The position numbers and the translations under genes are program-made. From Laetmonice hystrix (lineage: Eukaryota): DNA of 64,000 bases. The first letter of the stretch is position 1, and the number at the start of each line of letters is the position of its first letter. This document shows positions 37,520 to 51,700 of this stretch, one piece after another. The notes under the pieces were generated by a model, which worked only from the letters and a program-made list of their open reading frames with translations, did no database searches and had not been told where the DNA came from. The stretch spans positions 6,448,001 through 6,512,000 of the forward strand of contig OZ249442.1 of NCBI GenBank assembly GCA_965235115.1, in the 5' to 3' direction.

Positions 37520-39646
37520 CGGAAAGATGGCCAGTCATTACGACATGAGCAGACAGTCAAAACCACTGGTACGATTGGGGGAAAGATGGCCAGTCATTAC
37601 GACATGAGCAGACAGTCAAAACCACTGGTACGATTGAGGGAAAGATGGCCAGTCATTACGACATGAGCAGACAGTCACAACCACTGGTACGATTGGGGGA
37701 AAGATGGCCAGTCATTACGACATGAGCAGACAGTCACAACCACTGGTACGATTGGGGGAAAGATGGCCAGTCATTACGACATGAGCAGACAGTCACAACA
37801 ACCACTGGTACGATTGGGGGAAAGATGGCCAGTCATTACGACATGAGCAGACAGTCACAACAACCACTGGTACGATTGGGGGAAAGATGGCCAGTCATTA
37901 CGACATGAGCAGACAGTCACAACCACTGGTACGATTGGCGGAAAGATGGCCAGTCATTACGACATGAGCAGACAGTCACAACCACTGGTACGATTGGGGG
38001 AAAGATGGCCAGTCATTACGACATGAGCAGACAGTCACAACCACTGGTACGATTGGGGGAAAGATGGCCAGTCATTACGACATGAGCAGACAGTCACAAC
38101 CACTGGTACGATTGGGGGAAAGATGGCCAGTCATTACGACATGAGCAGACAGTCACAACAACCACTGGTACGATTGGGGGAAAGATGGCCAGTCATTACG
38201 ACATGAGCAGACAGTCACAACAACCACTGGTACGATTGGGGGAAAGATGGCCAGTCATTACGACATGAGCAGACAGTCAAAACCACTGGTACGATTGGGG
38301 GAAAGATGGCCAGTCATTACGACATGAGCAGACAGTCACAACAACCACTGGTACGATTGGGGAAAGATGGCCAGTCATTACGACATGAGCAGACAGTCAC
38401 AACAACCACTGGTACGATTGGGGAAAGATGGCCAGTCATTACGACATGAGCAGACAGTCACAACCACTGGTACGATTGGGGGAAAGATGGCCAGTCATTA
38501 CGACATGAGCAGACAGTCACAACAACCACTGGTACGATTGGGGGAAAGATGGCCAGTCATTACGACATGAGCAGACAGTCACAACAACCACTGGTACGAT
38601 TGGGGGAAAGATGGCCAGTCATTACGACATGAGCAGACAGTCACAACAACCACTGGTACGATTGGGGGAAAGATGGCCAGTCATTACGACATGAGCAGAC
38701 AGTCACAACCACTGGTACGATTGGGGGAAAGATGGCCAGTCATTACGACATGAGCAGACAGTCACAACAACCACTGGTACGATTGGGGGAAAGATGGCCA
38801 GTCATTACGACATGAGCAGACAGTCACAACAGCCACTGGTACGATTGGGGGAAAGATGGCCAGTCATTACGACATGAGCACACAGTCACAACCACTGGTA
38901 CGATTGGGGGAAAGATGGCCAGTCATTACGACATGAGCAGACAGTCACAACAACCACTGGTACGATTGGGGGAAAGATGGCCAGTCATTACGACATGAGC
39001 AGACAGTCACAACAGCCACTGGTACGATTGGGGGAAAGATGGCCAGTCATTACGACATGAGCAGACAGTCACAACAACCACTGGTACGATTGGGGGAAAG
39101 ATGGCCAGTCATTACGACATGAGCAGACAGTCACAACCACTGGTACGATTGGGGGAAAGATGGCCAGTCATTACGACATGAGCAGACAGTCACAACAACC
39201 ACTGGTACGATTGGGGGAAAGATGGCCAGTCATTACGACATGAGCAGACAGTCACAACAACGATTGGGGGAAAGATGGCCAGTCATTACGACATGAGCAG
39301 ACAGTCACAACAACCACTGGTACGATTGGGGGAAAGATGGCCAGTCATTACGACATGAGCAGACAGTCACAACAACCACTGGTACGATTGGGGGAAAGAT
39401 GGCCAGTCATTACGACATGAGCAGACAGTCACAACAACCACTGGTACGATTGGGGGAAAGATGGCCAGTCATTACGACATGAGCAGACAGTCACAACAAC
39501 CACTGGTACGATTGGGGGAAAGATGGCCAGTCATTACGACATGAGCAGACAGTCACAACCACTGGTACGATTGGGGGAAAGATGGCCAGTCATTACGACA
39601 TGAGCAGACAGTCACAACAACCACTGGTACGATTGGGGGAAAGATG
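37520..39646. repeat. Minisatellite, 59/62 bp unit, ~35 copies (one more unit at 40134-40196 beyond the MITE)
   Basis: GAAAGATGGCCAGTCATTACGACATGAGCAGACAGTCACA(ACA)ACCACTGGTACGATTGGGG. Confidence 0.97.
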
Positions 39647-39647
39647 C

Positions 39648-40133
39648 GGTACATCGCCCATGATAACTTTACCCCCACGAAATTTGGTCGAAAGTAAAGA
39701 TCTATGGCCCTGACCTTACCCCTAACCCCAGTCCCTACACCTCTCCATAGACCCGGGCCCGGTTTTTTGTTTGCTTTTCCACCGTGAGCAAGGGTGAGCT
39801 GAGCTGAGCAAGGGTGAGCATGAGCTCATTCTCTCCGTTTTTGCATTTTTTTGGTTGCTTTTCCACATGAGGCGTGCTCATCGTGAGCAAGCTCGCGGAA
39901 AAACACCCAAAAAACGAAAACAGTGAGCAACGGTGAGCATGAGCTTCTGCTCACCCTTGCTCAGCTCAGCTCACCCTTGCTCACGGTGGAAAAGTAAACA
40001 TAAAAACCGGACCCAGAAGTGACCTCTCAAAAATATTATCCCTGTGCTATCCCTATGCCTATCCCTACCCCTGACCTTAACCCTAACTCCCGCCCAAAAA
40101 ATGTTGTGGGAAAGTTATCATGGGGGAATAACC
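39648..40133. mobile_element. hAT-type MITE (copy 2), inserted in a minisatellite and itself interrupted
   Basis: Same termini and internal sequence as 4285-4485. TSD AAAGATGC/AAAGATGG (7/8 match) is derived from the flanking minisatellite unit, which resumes at 40134. Confidence 0.85.
39756..40013. mobile_element. PIF/Harbinger-type MITE nested in the hAT MITE
   Basis: About 65-bp inverted repeats (GGCCCGGTTTTTTGTTTGCTTTTCCACCGTGAGCAAGGGTGAGCTGAGC... and its reverse complement); 3-bp flanks CCG/CAG. Confidence 0.75.
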
Positions 40134-40204
40134 AAAGATGGCCAGTCATTATGACATGAGCAGACAGTGACAACAACCACTGGTACGGTTGGGGTAAAGA
40201 CTGT

Positions 40205-40503
40205 CCAGGCCGACAGTCTCTCGGCCTGGGCAGTTTCACGGCCTGGGCAGTCTCACGGCTTGGGCAGTCTCACGGCTTGGGCAGTCGCACAGTCTGGGCA
40301 GTCTCACAGTCTGGGCAGTCTCACGGCCTGGGCAGTCTCACGGCCTGGGAAGTCGCACAGTCTGGGCAGTCGCACAGTCTGGGCAGTCTCACAGTCTGGG
40401 CAGTCTCACGGCCTGGGCAGTCTCACGGCCTGGGGAGACTCACAGCGTGGACAGTCTCACGGCCTGGACAGTCTCACGGCCTGGACAGTCGCACAGGCTG
40501 GGC
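40205..40503. repeat. Minisatellite, 17 bp unit, ~17 copies
   Basis: CCTGGGCAGTCTCACGG / TCTGGGCAGTCGCACAG. Confidence 0.93.
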
Positions 40504-42897
40504 GGTGACAGGGCCATGCCGACTTGTGTGAGCCCTACCACCGACAACTCTTGGCGGCCCCCTCCACACCCAACAAAATTGCCTGTAATTAGCTATGAGA
40601 CGGACCCTCCCGTGGGAGAGCCAGGGCAGGATGTAATTGGTCCAGCTATAACTGAAGATTTGCACCAGTGAAGCAGGTATGGCTTGGTGATTATGTGTTA
40701 ATTGACCCCCCCCCCCTCCTTAAGTGACGCGCATTCCATGCTCTGCTCCGGGGTGCTTATCGCGAGTAAAGAAGCAGAAAGTGGAAAGGTTTGACGTGAT
40801 GGGGCCCACAAAGGATATTACGATGTGAACGGGATTGTTTCTTCTTGTGGCGACATCCTCAGATGTAACTGATTGTGTAGGAAGAGGCCGAGATAGTCAT
40901 CTTCATTACCTCGTGTAAATCTTTCCTCCGGGATAAATAAAAAAATAGAAAAAGTAGGGAGATGAAGAAGGAGAATGGGCGGCGTTGTCGTCTTACGGTG
41001 CAAACTGTTGAGGTTGTTGAGGTATGAAAGGAATCCATGCGGTCTCAGTCGGCAGATGGAGGACAGAGTTATTTGGTTTTATAGATGTGATTTATCCTAG
41101 GGACTATTGAGTTCATGTTTGGGGGCTTTCTGTAAAAGTAACGTAATTCTGGTCATGGTTTCCTACCATAGAAACTTATACATTGTGCGATTTTATCATT
41201 TGAACGACAAAAAATTCCGAGACCCCTATCAGTTAAACAAGGAAAGAGACAAGAATGTTCGCATTGGAATTTTATTTTTATTTTTTGTCTCATTTGTCGA
41301 CCATGTCTAGATTTTTTTTATCAGTGCAGAATAGCAAAATCGATTATAGGCATATGACCAAAAATATTATCGAGAATAAAAAATTATAATCTATGACTTT
41401 GATAACATAGAACATTTCCTGTAGATCTTTTATGCAGGTTTCAGAAAACGCTGAATAGTTTGACAAATTTATGTGAGAGGGAAAATTGCCGTTTAAATAA
41501 ATGGCTGTAATTCCCCCTATCAAAAAGTTGTTTATTCTTGAGAAGGGCAAGATGTTTGTGAAGGCAGGTCGAGTGATGATGGGTATTTTGTGTCATGTAT
41601 CTTTGTATCGCCCTGACACCTTCAAGGAGTGTCGCCAATATAAACGGTGTTTACATCCCAATATAAACGGTGTTTACATCCCAATATAAACGGTGTTTAC
41701 ATCCCAGCAGGGATTGCCTCAGATTGCGCCACAGCCGACAGATTTACTCGCAAATCACAGTCATTGACCAATTTGGACGGACCGAGGGTATGTGGAGAGT
41801 TGGGTGCGGGTTTTAATGGCGAGCACACAGGCAATACGGGACTTGGTGAGGCCATGGTGGGTCAGTGCTAATTGAGGTGTCGACGTGCTGCCTCAGTCCT
41901 CGGGTCAGCCATGCGTGACAGTAACAGTAGCATGTGAAGGTGGTTGAGGGACGCAGGCATGAGCCCTGGACTGACCGGGGAGGTCATGTAGCGGCCGGTC
42001 CGGGGTGGGGGACCGCCTTGACCACCGTCACCCGGCGCCCCGGCCTCTCGGCCCCTGGCACCCCGGCCCCGGGCCCCGGGCCACCCAGCCCGGCCCCCCG
42101 GCCCCCCGGCCCCCCGGCCCCCCGGCCCCCGGCCCCCGGCCCCCAGCCGTCCCAGGCCGGTCAGCGGAGCCACCAATACCTGCTGCATTCGGCCTTGTTT
42201 CCCGGCAGCCTGACGAGACTGATGCATGCTGAGACATGAAGCCAAGCGGGGCTGTGATCATTGCCGTACACAAAAGGTTCTCACAATGGGGGCAATCCTA
42301 TTACATTCAGGGATGCATAATATGGTTGTTGTGCTACCAAACGGAATATTAATGTCGGTAGCCCACAGTGTTGGTTTCTATGTGTGCTGTGACGATAAGC
42401 CCCGCCCCTCAGGTCGCCATCTGTAGCCAGAGATTATGTTTGGACTATCACACAGAGAGTAATCAGATAATACAAGCCATCATCAACAAACCCACACTCA
42501 GGGATTACTTACGGTGGGAGACAATCAGCAGCACCTGATTATAACCGTGGCTGCATTCAGTAACTGAGACTTGTACCCAACATCACACAACTCCAACACT
42601 CCCCATGCCGTTCTGTCTGGCAATAACTCGGAGCAGGTAGTTGATGTCAAGATGTCCAGCACCGTGAGGTCACAATAGATGTAGTTAATAATATGATAAT
42701 ATTTACCTTTTTCTTACTGCCGGTACAAACTCAGCAGGTAGTCACGTCTACACGATGGTTCCAACAGGATGTGGCTCCAGGACTGAGACACCACTCACAT
42801 AATTTACGATAATGTCCACTTTAATACGGAAACGTACGAATCAACACCGCCGACAAGGAAGATAGTTTTATTGTCCGTGGGATTCCCCACAGTCTGA

Positions 42898-45105
42898 TCG
42901 CATGAGGTATCTTTGATATAGATTATACCGGGCCAGCCGGGGGATTGGTGGGCATGAGGTATCTTTGATATAGATTATACCGGGCCAGCCGGGGGATTGG
43001 TGGGCATGAGGTATCTTTGATATAGATTATACCGGGCCAGCCGGGGGATTGGTGGGCATGAGGTATCTTTGATATAGATTATACCGGGCCAGCCGGGGGA
43101 TTGGTGGGCATGAGGTATCTTTGATATAGATTATACCGGGCCAGCCGGGGGATTGGTGGGTATGAGGTATCTTTGATATAGATTATACCGGGCCAGCCGG
43201 GGGATTGGTGGGCATGAGGTATCTTTGATATAGATTATACCGGGCCAGCCGGGGGATTGGTGGGTATGAGGTATCTTTGATATAGATTATACCGGGCCAG
43301 CCGGGGGATTGGTGGGTATGAGGTATCTTTGATATAGATTATACCGGGCCAGCCGGGGGATTGGTGGGCATGAGGTATCTTTGATATAGATTATACCGGG
43401 CCAGCCGGGGGATTGGTGGGTATGAGGTATCTTTGATATAGATTATACCGGGCCAGCCGGGGGATTGGTGGGCATGAGGTATCTTTGATATAGATTATAC
43501 CGGGCCAGCCGGGGGATTGGTGGGCATGAGGTATCTTTGATATAGATTATACGCGGACTGGTGGGCATGAGGTATCTTTAATATAGATTATACCGGGCCA
43601 GCCGGGGGATTGGTGGGCATGAGGTATCTTTGACATAGATTATACGCGGACTGGTGGGCATGAGGTATCTTTGATATAGATTATACCGGGCCAGCCGGGG
43701 GATTGGTGGGCATGAGGTATCTTTGATATAGATTATACCGGGCCAGCCGGGGGATTGGTGGGTATGAGGTATCTTTGATATAGATTATACCGGGCCAGCC
43801 GGGGGATTGGTGGGTATGAGGTATCTTTGATATAGATTATACCGGGCCAGCCGGGGGATTGGTGGGCATGAGGTATCTTTGATATAGATTATACCGGGCC
43901 AGCCGGGGGATTGGTGGGCATGAGGTATCTTTGATATAGATTATACCGGGCCAGCCGGGGGATTGGTGGGCATGAGGTATCTTTGATATAGATTATACCG
44001 GGCCAGCCGGGGGATTGGTGGGTATGAGGTATCTTTGATATAGATTATACCGGGCCAGCCGGGGGATTGGTGGGTATGAGGTATCTTTGATATAGATTAT
44101 ACCGGGCCAGCCGGGGGATTGGTGGGCATGAGGTATCTTTGATATAGATTATATGCGGACTTGTGGGTATGAAGTATCTTTGTTATAGATTATACCCGGA
44201 CTGGTGGGTCTGAGGTATCTTTGATATAGATTATACCCGGACTGGTGGGTATGAGGTGCTGGGCTGAGGTATGAGGTATCTATGCCGGGCCGGCCGGGGG
44301 ATTGGTGGGTATGAGGTAGATGCCGGGCCGGCCGGGGGATTGGTGGGTATGAGGTATCTATACCGGGCCGGCCGGGGGACTGGTGGGTATAAGGTATCTA
44401 TGCCGGGCATGCCGGGGGACTGGTGGGTATGAGGTATCTCTACCGGGCAGGCCGGGGGATTGGTGGGTATGAGGTATCTATACCGGGCAGGCCGGGGGAC
44501 TGGTGGGTATGAGGTATCTATACCGGGCAGGCCGGGGGATTGGTGGGTATGAGGTATCTATACCGGGCAGGCCGGGGGACTGGTGGGTATGAGGTATCTA
44601 TACCGGGCAGGCCGGGGGACTGGTGGGTATGAGGTATCTAGGCCGGGCAGGCCGGGGGATTGGTGGGTATGAGGTATCTATACCGGGCAGGCCGGGGGAC
44701 TGGTGGGTATGAGGTATCTAGGCCGGGCATGCCGGGGGACTGGTGGGTATGAGGTATCTATACCGGGCCGGTGGGGGGGATTGGTGGGTATGAGGTATCT
44801 ATACCGGGCCGGCTGGGGGACTGGTGGGTATGACGTATCTAGGCCGGGCAGGCCGGGGGACTGGTGGGTATGAGGTATCTATACCGGGCCGGTGGGGGGA
44901 TTGGTGGGTATGAGGTATCTATACCGGGCAGGCCGGGGGATTGGTGGGTATGAGGTATCTATACCGGGCCGGCCGGGGGACTGGTGGGTATGAGGTATCT
45001 ATACCGGGCCGGTGGGGGGATTGGTGGGTATGAGGTATCTATACCGGGCCGGCCGGGGGATTGGTGGGTATGAGGTATCTATACCGGGCCGGCCGGGGGA
45101 TTGGC
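42898..45105. repeat. Compound minisatellite: 52 bp unit (~42898-44150) switching to a derived 40 bp unit (~44290-45105)
   Basis: ATGAGGTATCT[TTGATATAGATT]ATACCGGGCCAGCCGGGGGATTGGTGGGC; the bracketed 12 bp are missing in the 40-mer. Confidence 0.96.
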
Positions 45106-45521
45106 CTCCGATGACCGCGGGACAGGTGTCTGATGATGGGAGATGGGGCAGTAAGCACCCAGGTACCGTGTTGTTACCCCCGGGGTGGTGGGTACACACT
45201 GGGGTTGGAGTGGAGGCGGGGGGGGGGGGGGTACAGGCGGGGCGGGGGTACACACTGGGGTTGGAGTGGAGGAGGCGGGGGGGGGGGTACAGGCGGGGCG
45301 GGGGTACAATAGACACACAGGATAAGAATGTTGACGTAGACAATATGTATCACCCAGTATAGATTGAGGGCGCCGGTGCTGGGGGTGGGATGGAGGGGTC
45401 TGTATAGATCCCAGAGCTGGGGTTATACCCCCACCCCACCTGGCAACCATGGGGCTCAGCTTCATTGTTTTGGTTCTCTGCAGCTTGATTAATCTTCATC
45501 CGAGCTTTTGACTTTCAGTAT

Positions 45522-46036
45522 ACATGTACATGCCATAAAACGGGACAGTCTACTTAAATCTGCCCACCCTCTATCCCACAGTGTACATGCCATAAAACGG
45601 GACAGTCTACTTAAATCTGCCCACCTTCTATCCCACAGTGTACATGCCATAAAACGGGACAGTCTACTTAAATCTGCCCACCCTCTATCCCACAGTGTAC
45701 ATGCCATAAAACGGGACAGTCTACTTAAATCTGCCCACCCTCTATCCCACAGTGTACATGCCATAAAACGGGACAGTCTACTTAAATCTGCCCACCCTCT
45801 ATCCCACAGTGTACATCCATAAAACGGGACTGTACCGTACTTAAATCTGCCCACCCTCTATCCCACAGTGTACATGCCATAAAACGGGACAGTCTACTTA
45901 AATCTGCCCACCCTCTATCCCACAGTGTACATGCCATAAAACGGGACTGTACCGTACTTAAATCTGCCCACCCTCTATCCCACAGTGTACATGCCATAAA
46001 ACGGGACAGTCTACTTAAATCTGCCCACCCTCTATC
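45522..46036. repeat. Minisatellite, 57 bp unit, ~9 copies
   Basis: GTACATGCCATAAAACGGGACAGTCTACTTAAATCTGCCCACCCTCTATCCCACAGT. Confidence 0.95.
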
Positions 46037-46609
46037 GCGCAGCCCTAATACACTGTATTTTAACGTATATTTTTGGAGAATCGCAATATTTCCCTACTAC
46101 TGGCTGATTACATTACATATTGAGGCCTTCCATGCAGTTTGCTTATTCAAACTGTTTATAATCTATATGAGAAAAGTTACTGGTTTCCCTATCATTATCA
46201 TCCGTGCGCGTCTGAAGTAATCTGGTTCTCGTCGACCAAAGGTCACCCTCACTTATCAGTCGAGACTGTGGTGTGCTGATGACATTTACATACGTTTGGT
46301 CACGAGGTGTAGAATGGCCGACAGATAGGTGGACATCAAGGATGTGGTATTCACGGAACTCAAGCAGGGAGGTGGGGGGAGACATAATGACGGGTCTGTG
46401 AGGGCACACCTGTGTCAGGTAGGGAGGGGTGTGTACCCGAGGGCTGAGGGTAGGGGGTGTACGTACCCAGTCACCCTGAACGTTACCGCCCGTACTTTGA
46501 AGCAGCCTCCCCGTGCCTGCCTCGCATCCGTACAGAATAAATCGGGCAGTGTTGTCAGAGGAAATATTGGTTTTCACTGTTTGTCGGGGTTTTTAGTCTT
46601 TGCTGCTTC

Positions 46610-47153
46610 AGCCAGAGCTCGCGGTGACTGGGTGAGGGACTGTGTCTCCCGTGATGGAGGGGACCGTCTCTGAACAGACCATCTTTGTAAACGATCAGTT
46701 TCATCCAGAGCTCGCGGTGACTGGGTGAGGGACTGTGTCTCCCGTGATGGAGGGGACCGTCTCTGAACAGACCATCTTTGTAAACGATCAGTTTCATCCA
46801 GAGCTCGCGGTGACTGGGTGAGGGGCTGTGTCTCCCGTGATGGAGGGGACCGTCTCTGAACACACCATCTTTGTAAACGATCAGTTTCATCCAGAGCTCG
46901 CGGTGACTGGGTGAGGGACTGTGTCTCCCGTGATGGAGGGGACCGTCTCTGAACACACCATCTTTGTAAACGATCAGTTTCATCCAGAGCTCGCGGTGAC
47001 TGGGTGAGGGACTGTGTCTCCCGTGATGGAGGGGACCGTCTCTGAACAGACCATCTTTGTAAACGATCAGTTTCAGCCAGAGCTCGCGGTGACTGGGTGA
47101 GGGACTGTGTCTCCCGTGATGAAGGGGACCGTCTCTGAACACACCATCTTTGT
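46610..47153. repeat. Tandem repeat, 93 bp unit, ~6 copies
   Basis: CCAGAGCTCGCGGTGACTGGGTGAGGGACTGTGTCTCCCGTGATGGAGGGGACCGTCTCTGAACAGACCATCTTTGTAAACGATCAGTTTCAT. Confidence 0.95.
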
Positions 47154-47352
47154 AATAAAGATCAATTTAAGGGCTAAGTCAAAGTACTCGCATCAGCATG
47201 GAAATGGAAGGACAGAAAATATCGGCTGGGGTGTTTGTATCAAGACTATAAAATAATTATATTCCTTTTTGTTTTGTCAGTATCGTTTCTTGTGTTGAGA
47301 GATTCTAAGTGCCTGTGATAATTGATGGTATACATATTATATCACAAGTGTG

Positions 47353-47880
47353 ACACATGTGACACGTCAGTCATATAGTACATGTCACCGTTTGAAGCAG
47401 AATGACTGTACATGTGACACGTCAGTCATATAGTACATGTCACCGTTTGAAGCAGAATGACTGTACATGTGACACGTCAGTCATATAGTACATGTCACCG
47501 TTTGAAGCAGAATGACTACATGTGACACGTCAGTCATATAGTACATGTCACCGTTTGAAGCAGAATGACTGTACATGTGACACGTCAGTCATATAGTACA
47601 TGTCACCATTTGAAGCAGAATGACTGTACATGTGACACGTCAGTCATATAGTAAATGTCACCGTTTGAAGCAGAATGACTACATGTGACACGTCAGTCAT
47701 ATAGTACATGTCACCGTTTGAAGCAGAATGACTGTACATGTGACACGTCAGTCATATAGTACATGTCACCGTTTGAAGCAGAATGACTGTACATGTGACA
47801 CGTCAGTCATATAGTACATGTCACCGTTTGAAGCAGAATGACTGTACATGTGACACGTCAGTCATATAGTACATGTCACT
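47353..47880. repeat. Minisatellite, 52-55 bp unit, ~9 copies
   Basis: ACATGTGACACGTCAGTCATATAGTACATGTCACCGTTTGAAGCAGAATGACTGT. Confidence 0.95.
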
Positions 47881-48127
47881 GTTTAAAGTGATGGGTTGAG
47901 ACGCACTCAGTCGGAATACGACGAGTAGATCTATTGAACGTTGACCTGAGTCTACACTGACAGATTGAGAACTGGGAGTTGGGACTGTGCGGACCGGGTG
48001 GCTACAGTGACGGTGGCGGACCCTGGCGGGTGGTTAGCACAACAGGACCCCCCCCCCCCCACACACACACACACAGGCGGCCCGCAGAGAGTCGTGTCCC
48101 AACCCGTCTGACCATTCCGAGCATATA

Positions 48128-48752
48128 ATCTCCATCACTACCAACAAAACCATCACTGACAGTCAAATCTCCTCTACTACCACCAAAACCATCACTGATG
48201 GTCAAATCTCAATCACTACCACCAAAACCATCACTGACAGTCAAATCTCCTCTACTACCACCAAAACCATCACTGATGGTCAAATCTCCATCACTACCAA
48301 CAAAACCATCACTGACAGTCAAATCTCCTCTACTACCACCAAAACCATCACTGATGGTCAAATCTCCTCCACTACCACCAAAACCATCACTGACAGTCAA
48401 ATCTCCTCCACTACCACCAAAACCATCACTGATGGTCAAATCTCCTCTACTACCACCAAAACCATCACTGACAGTCAAATCTCCTCTACTACCACCAAAA
48501 CCATCACTGACAGTCAAATCTCCTCTACTACCACCAAAACCATCACTGATGGTCAAATCTCCATCACTACCACCAAAACCATCACTGATGGTCAAATCTC
48601 CTCTACTACCACCAAAACCATCACTGACAGTCAAATCTCCTCCACTACCACCAAAACCATCACTGACAGTCAAATCTCCATCACTACCACCAAAACCATC
48701 AATGACAGTCAAATCTCCTCGACTACCACCAAAACCATCACTGACGGTCAAA
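48128..48752. repeat. Minisatellite, 39 bp unit, ~16 copies
   Basis: ACCACCAAAACCATCACTGACAGTCAAATCTCCTCTACT. Confidence 0.95.
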
Positions 48753-51700
48753 TCCTGGCTCAACATTTTACTTCCATGAAGAAATAAACCCGCGCAGGTT
48801 GAAACACGACTGGCCCAGGCCAGAAACAAGATTTAATCACTTCCACCTGCGCTATAAAAATTACTTTAAAAAAAATAGCTTGGATCTTCAAGGAAGAATG
48901 GATCTCACATTATAATGGCCAGTACGACACCTGTGGGAAACAGAAAAGTAGGGGTCATGGTACAGAAGAATCTTTGTAGGGAGTTGTGGTTTGAGGGTGT
49001 AGGGGTGAGGGTGGGGGTGGGGGGTAGTTAGGGTCGTGAGGCGTGGTGGCGGTGTGAGCTGGCGTCACTGTGGCCAGATAACCCGCTCCGACCAGGTGTG
49101 CTGGCTTGGATGCGTTCTGCACCTTGATCGGTCTGACTGTCCGCAGCCTGCAAGTGGACATCATTACTGTCAGTAATTATAGACGACCTTTAAAACGCCC
49201 ACCGATGGGTGCACGGTTAGCAGATGCCGTTTGTGACCACCTAAACCTTCTCTTTGCAACTGTTTCCGATAATCAGGCTGATAGAAAAATGTTTGATTAG
49301 TGTTCGTTTTGAGTGGATTCTGGATTTCTCCTCCATAAGGTTTGCTGTGTCCACAGGGAGGGGAAGAGGATGAGTTTGGCCTAGTTCTGGTGGACACGAT
49401 ATGGGGGGCCGGGCGAGGGTAGCGGGACGGGCACAGGTGTTTGATGGGGCAGGGTCTATGTAAACTGATGGGGCTGCGGAGGGTAGGACTGGAGAGAGGG
49501 GCGAGGGTTGGGATGACATCAAGTCTATGCCCCACACATCCAGCATCTGGACCTGTCACGCCTTGAAATCCAAGGATGTGTTGATATATCTCGAGAATCT
49601 ACTACAAAAATCGGCCATTTCTAGGATATTATATACATTGAGGTCAAAGTATTATACAAAAAGTAGGTTAAAAGTAGTTCTACTGCTTCTTGTTCTTTTG
49701 ACCTGAAACGAAAATCAAACGTGGTTGACAGCACCCGTTAAAAATCCTTTCCGTTTTGACACAATAGAGGCCATATATTATGATGAGGGTAGCTGTATCA
49801 CCCAGGGTGGGGTGAGACCAGGGTAGCTCTATCACCCAGGGTGGGGTGAGACCAGGGTAGCTCTATCACCCAGGGTGGGGTGATCCCACCGGTCGGGTAG
49901 TTTATATTAAGACCCGCAACGCCCATATATTTCATTACTAGAATCAGTCATGTGCATCAGGGTGCAGCAGACCTGAGGCTGGTCTGAAATACAAGCCAGC
50001 CAGACGTCGACCAGACGCTGTAATAGCACCCCCTCCATCCATCGTGTCGGTAGAGGAGTAGGGAGGCTGTCCGGGCAGTGTGTCACACCCATGGAGAGTC
50101 CTGAAAACGTTTCAATATAAACTTGATGTTAGCACGACGATGTATAACGCAGGGAGGTGTCTGTAGATATAGTGGTGTGTAACACGGAAGCTACTGTTGT
50201 TGATCAGTCAGTTTGACAGTCTAGTCTATATCTGTGAATTATTGTCACCTCAGTTGGGACCAAATACACATCCACACTGTAAGTGTACACAGTGGATCCT
50301 GACAACAACAGTCGGACCACATCAAAGATGAACAATCCTTGGTGTGGTATACACCTGGCAATCCGGTGGGACACGTCATGTGACGATCTGATTACACAAC
50401 ATCTATCACACCAGCAACAGGCTTAACGACGGCAGCTTTCCCCCCGTCAAGGCAGGCCGGGGATGAAAGCAGCCGGCCCGGCTCCCTGCCTCCTGCCTAG
50501 GCCTGTTTCTGGTTGCTATGGCAGTGGCCATGACAACAAAGGATTGGGTGTCAAGTGGCGGTAATTGTGCTAGGCAGGACAATGGAGGAATGGGGGAGCA
50601 GGACTTTGCCGTGAGGGAGGGTGGGAGGGAGGGAGGGAGGCGAGCCGAGGCCCTGCGAGCTGCAGCACTGCAGGAATGCAGCCTGCCGCACACAGGTAGC
50701 AACGACTTAGGCCTACCAAGGTAAGCTGGTCACGGGCCAGTGCCCCCAGCCACTGGCCTCCGCGTCTCTCCGCGTCTCTCCGCGTCAAAAGCAAGCAGCT
50801 ACTCGAGGTAGGCGTAGTCTGAATCTCACCTCGGATGGGAACATACCGACAGCTGCAGTTGTCAGATCTAACTCTGACAGGTCGTCAGAGGAGTTCGAGT
50901 AAGATCTACCAGTAATATCGAGTGGTATCAGCCACAACTACCGACGACATTACTTGTATGTCTCCGATTTGGACAAACGTTGCATTTTCTTGCTATCAGC
51001 CACATATTGGATATAGGGATACTCGTCGACAAGATGGTCGTGATGCTGTCAGGTAGGTTTCTGTGTCATTTCGGGGGACGGCCAAGCGGGCAAGTGTGTT
51101 CGACGTCTTGAGGTGGGCGGGGGGGAGGTGTGTGAGGGTCTGGCGGACATCGGGAGGTGGCCGGGTGGGTGTCTGTGTGAGGGTCTCGTTGGCGTCTTGA
51201 GGTGTCTGGGTGGGGCTGAAGCAGCCACTGCGGGCATGATCTGCCTGCCGTGATGCGGACCGGACCGGTTGATGGGCCGGCGAGGAAAGGTTTGGGAAGA
51301 AAAAATGCCAGTTTCGGATGGTGGAAACTTCCATTCCAGTCGCTGTGTGTCAGTCAGCCCGCTGGTGGATGCGGTGTGTCGATCATTGAGTATATCACAT
51401 ATCTAGAAATCAGGTGGAGGGGCTGGGGATGGGGAGGGCAGGTAGATACGACAGGACACAGTTCAGGAACTGGTATAGCTCCCCCCTCCCTCCCACTGCC
51501 GGTCGGACCGAGTCATCAGATCGACTCGGTCCACTGACTCCCGGATGGATGACAAGGTGGGCGACTTATGGCCCGGACCGTCCTTATATTGAACCAAGTC
51601 GAGCTGATCACAGCGCTGTGAGATGTGAGGTCGTGATTGGCGGCCAGGAGGGGGCCGGTATAGGGGACGGGAGGGGGTCGGTAGGGCACCGGGAGGGGGC

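Noticed and set aside
48198-48829. Pro/Lys-rich or mucin-like repeat protein
   Set aside because: A 39-bp minisatellite open in several frames on both strands, with no convincing splice sites or signal peptide.
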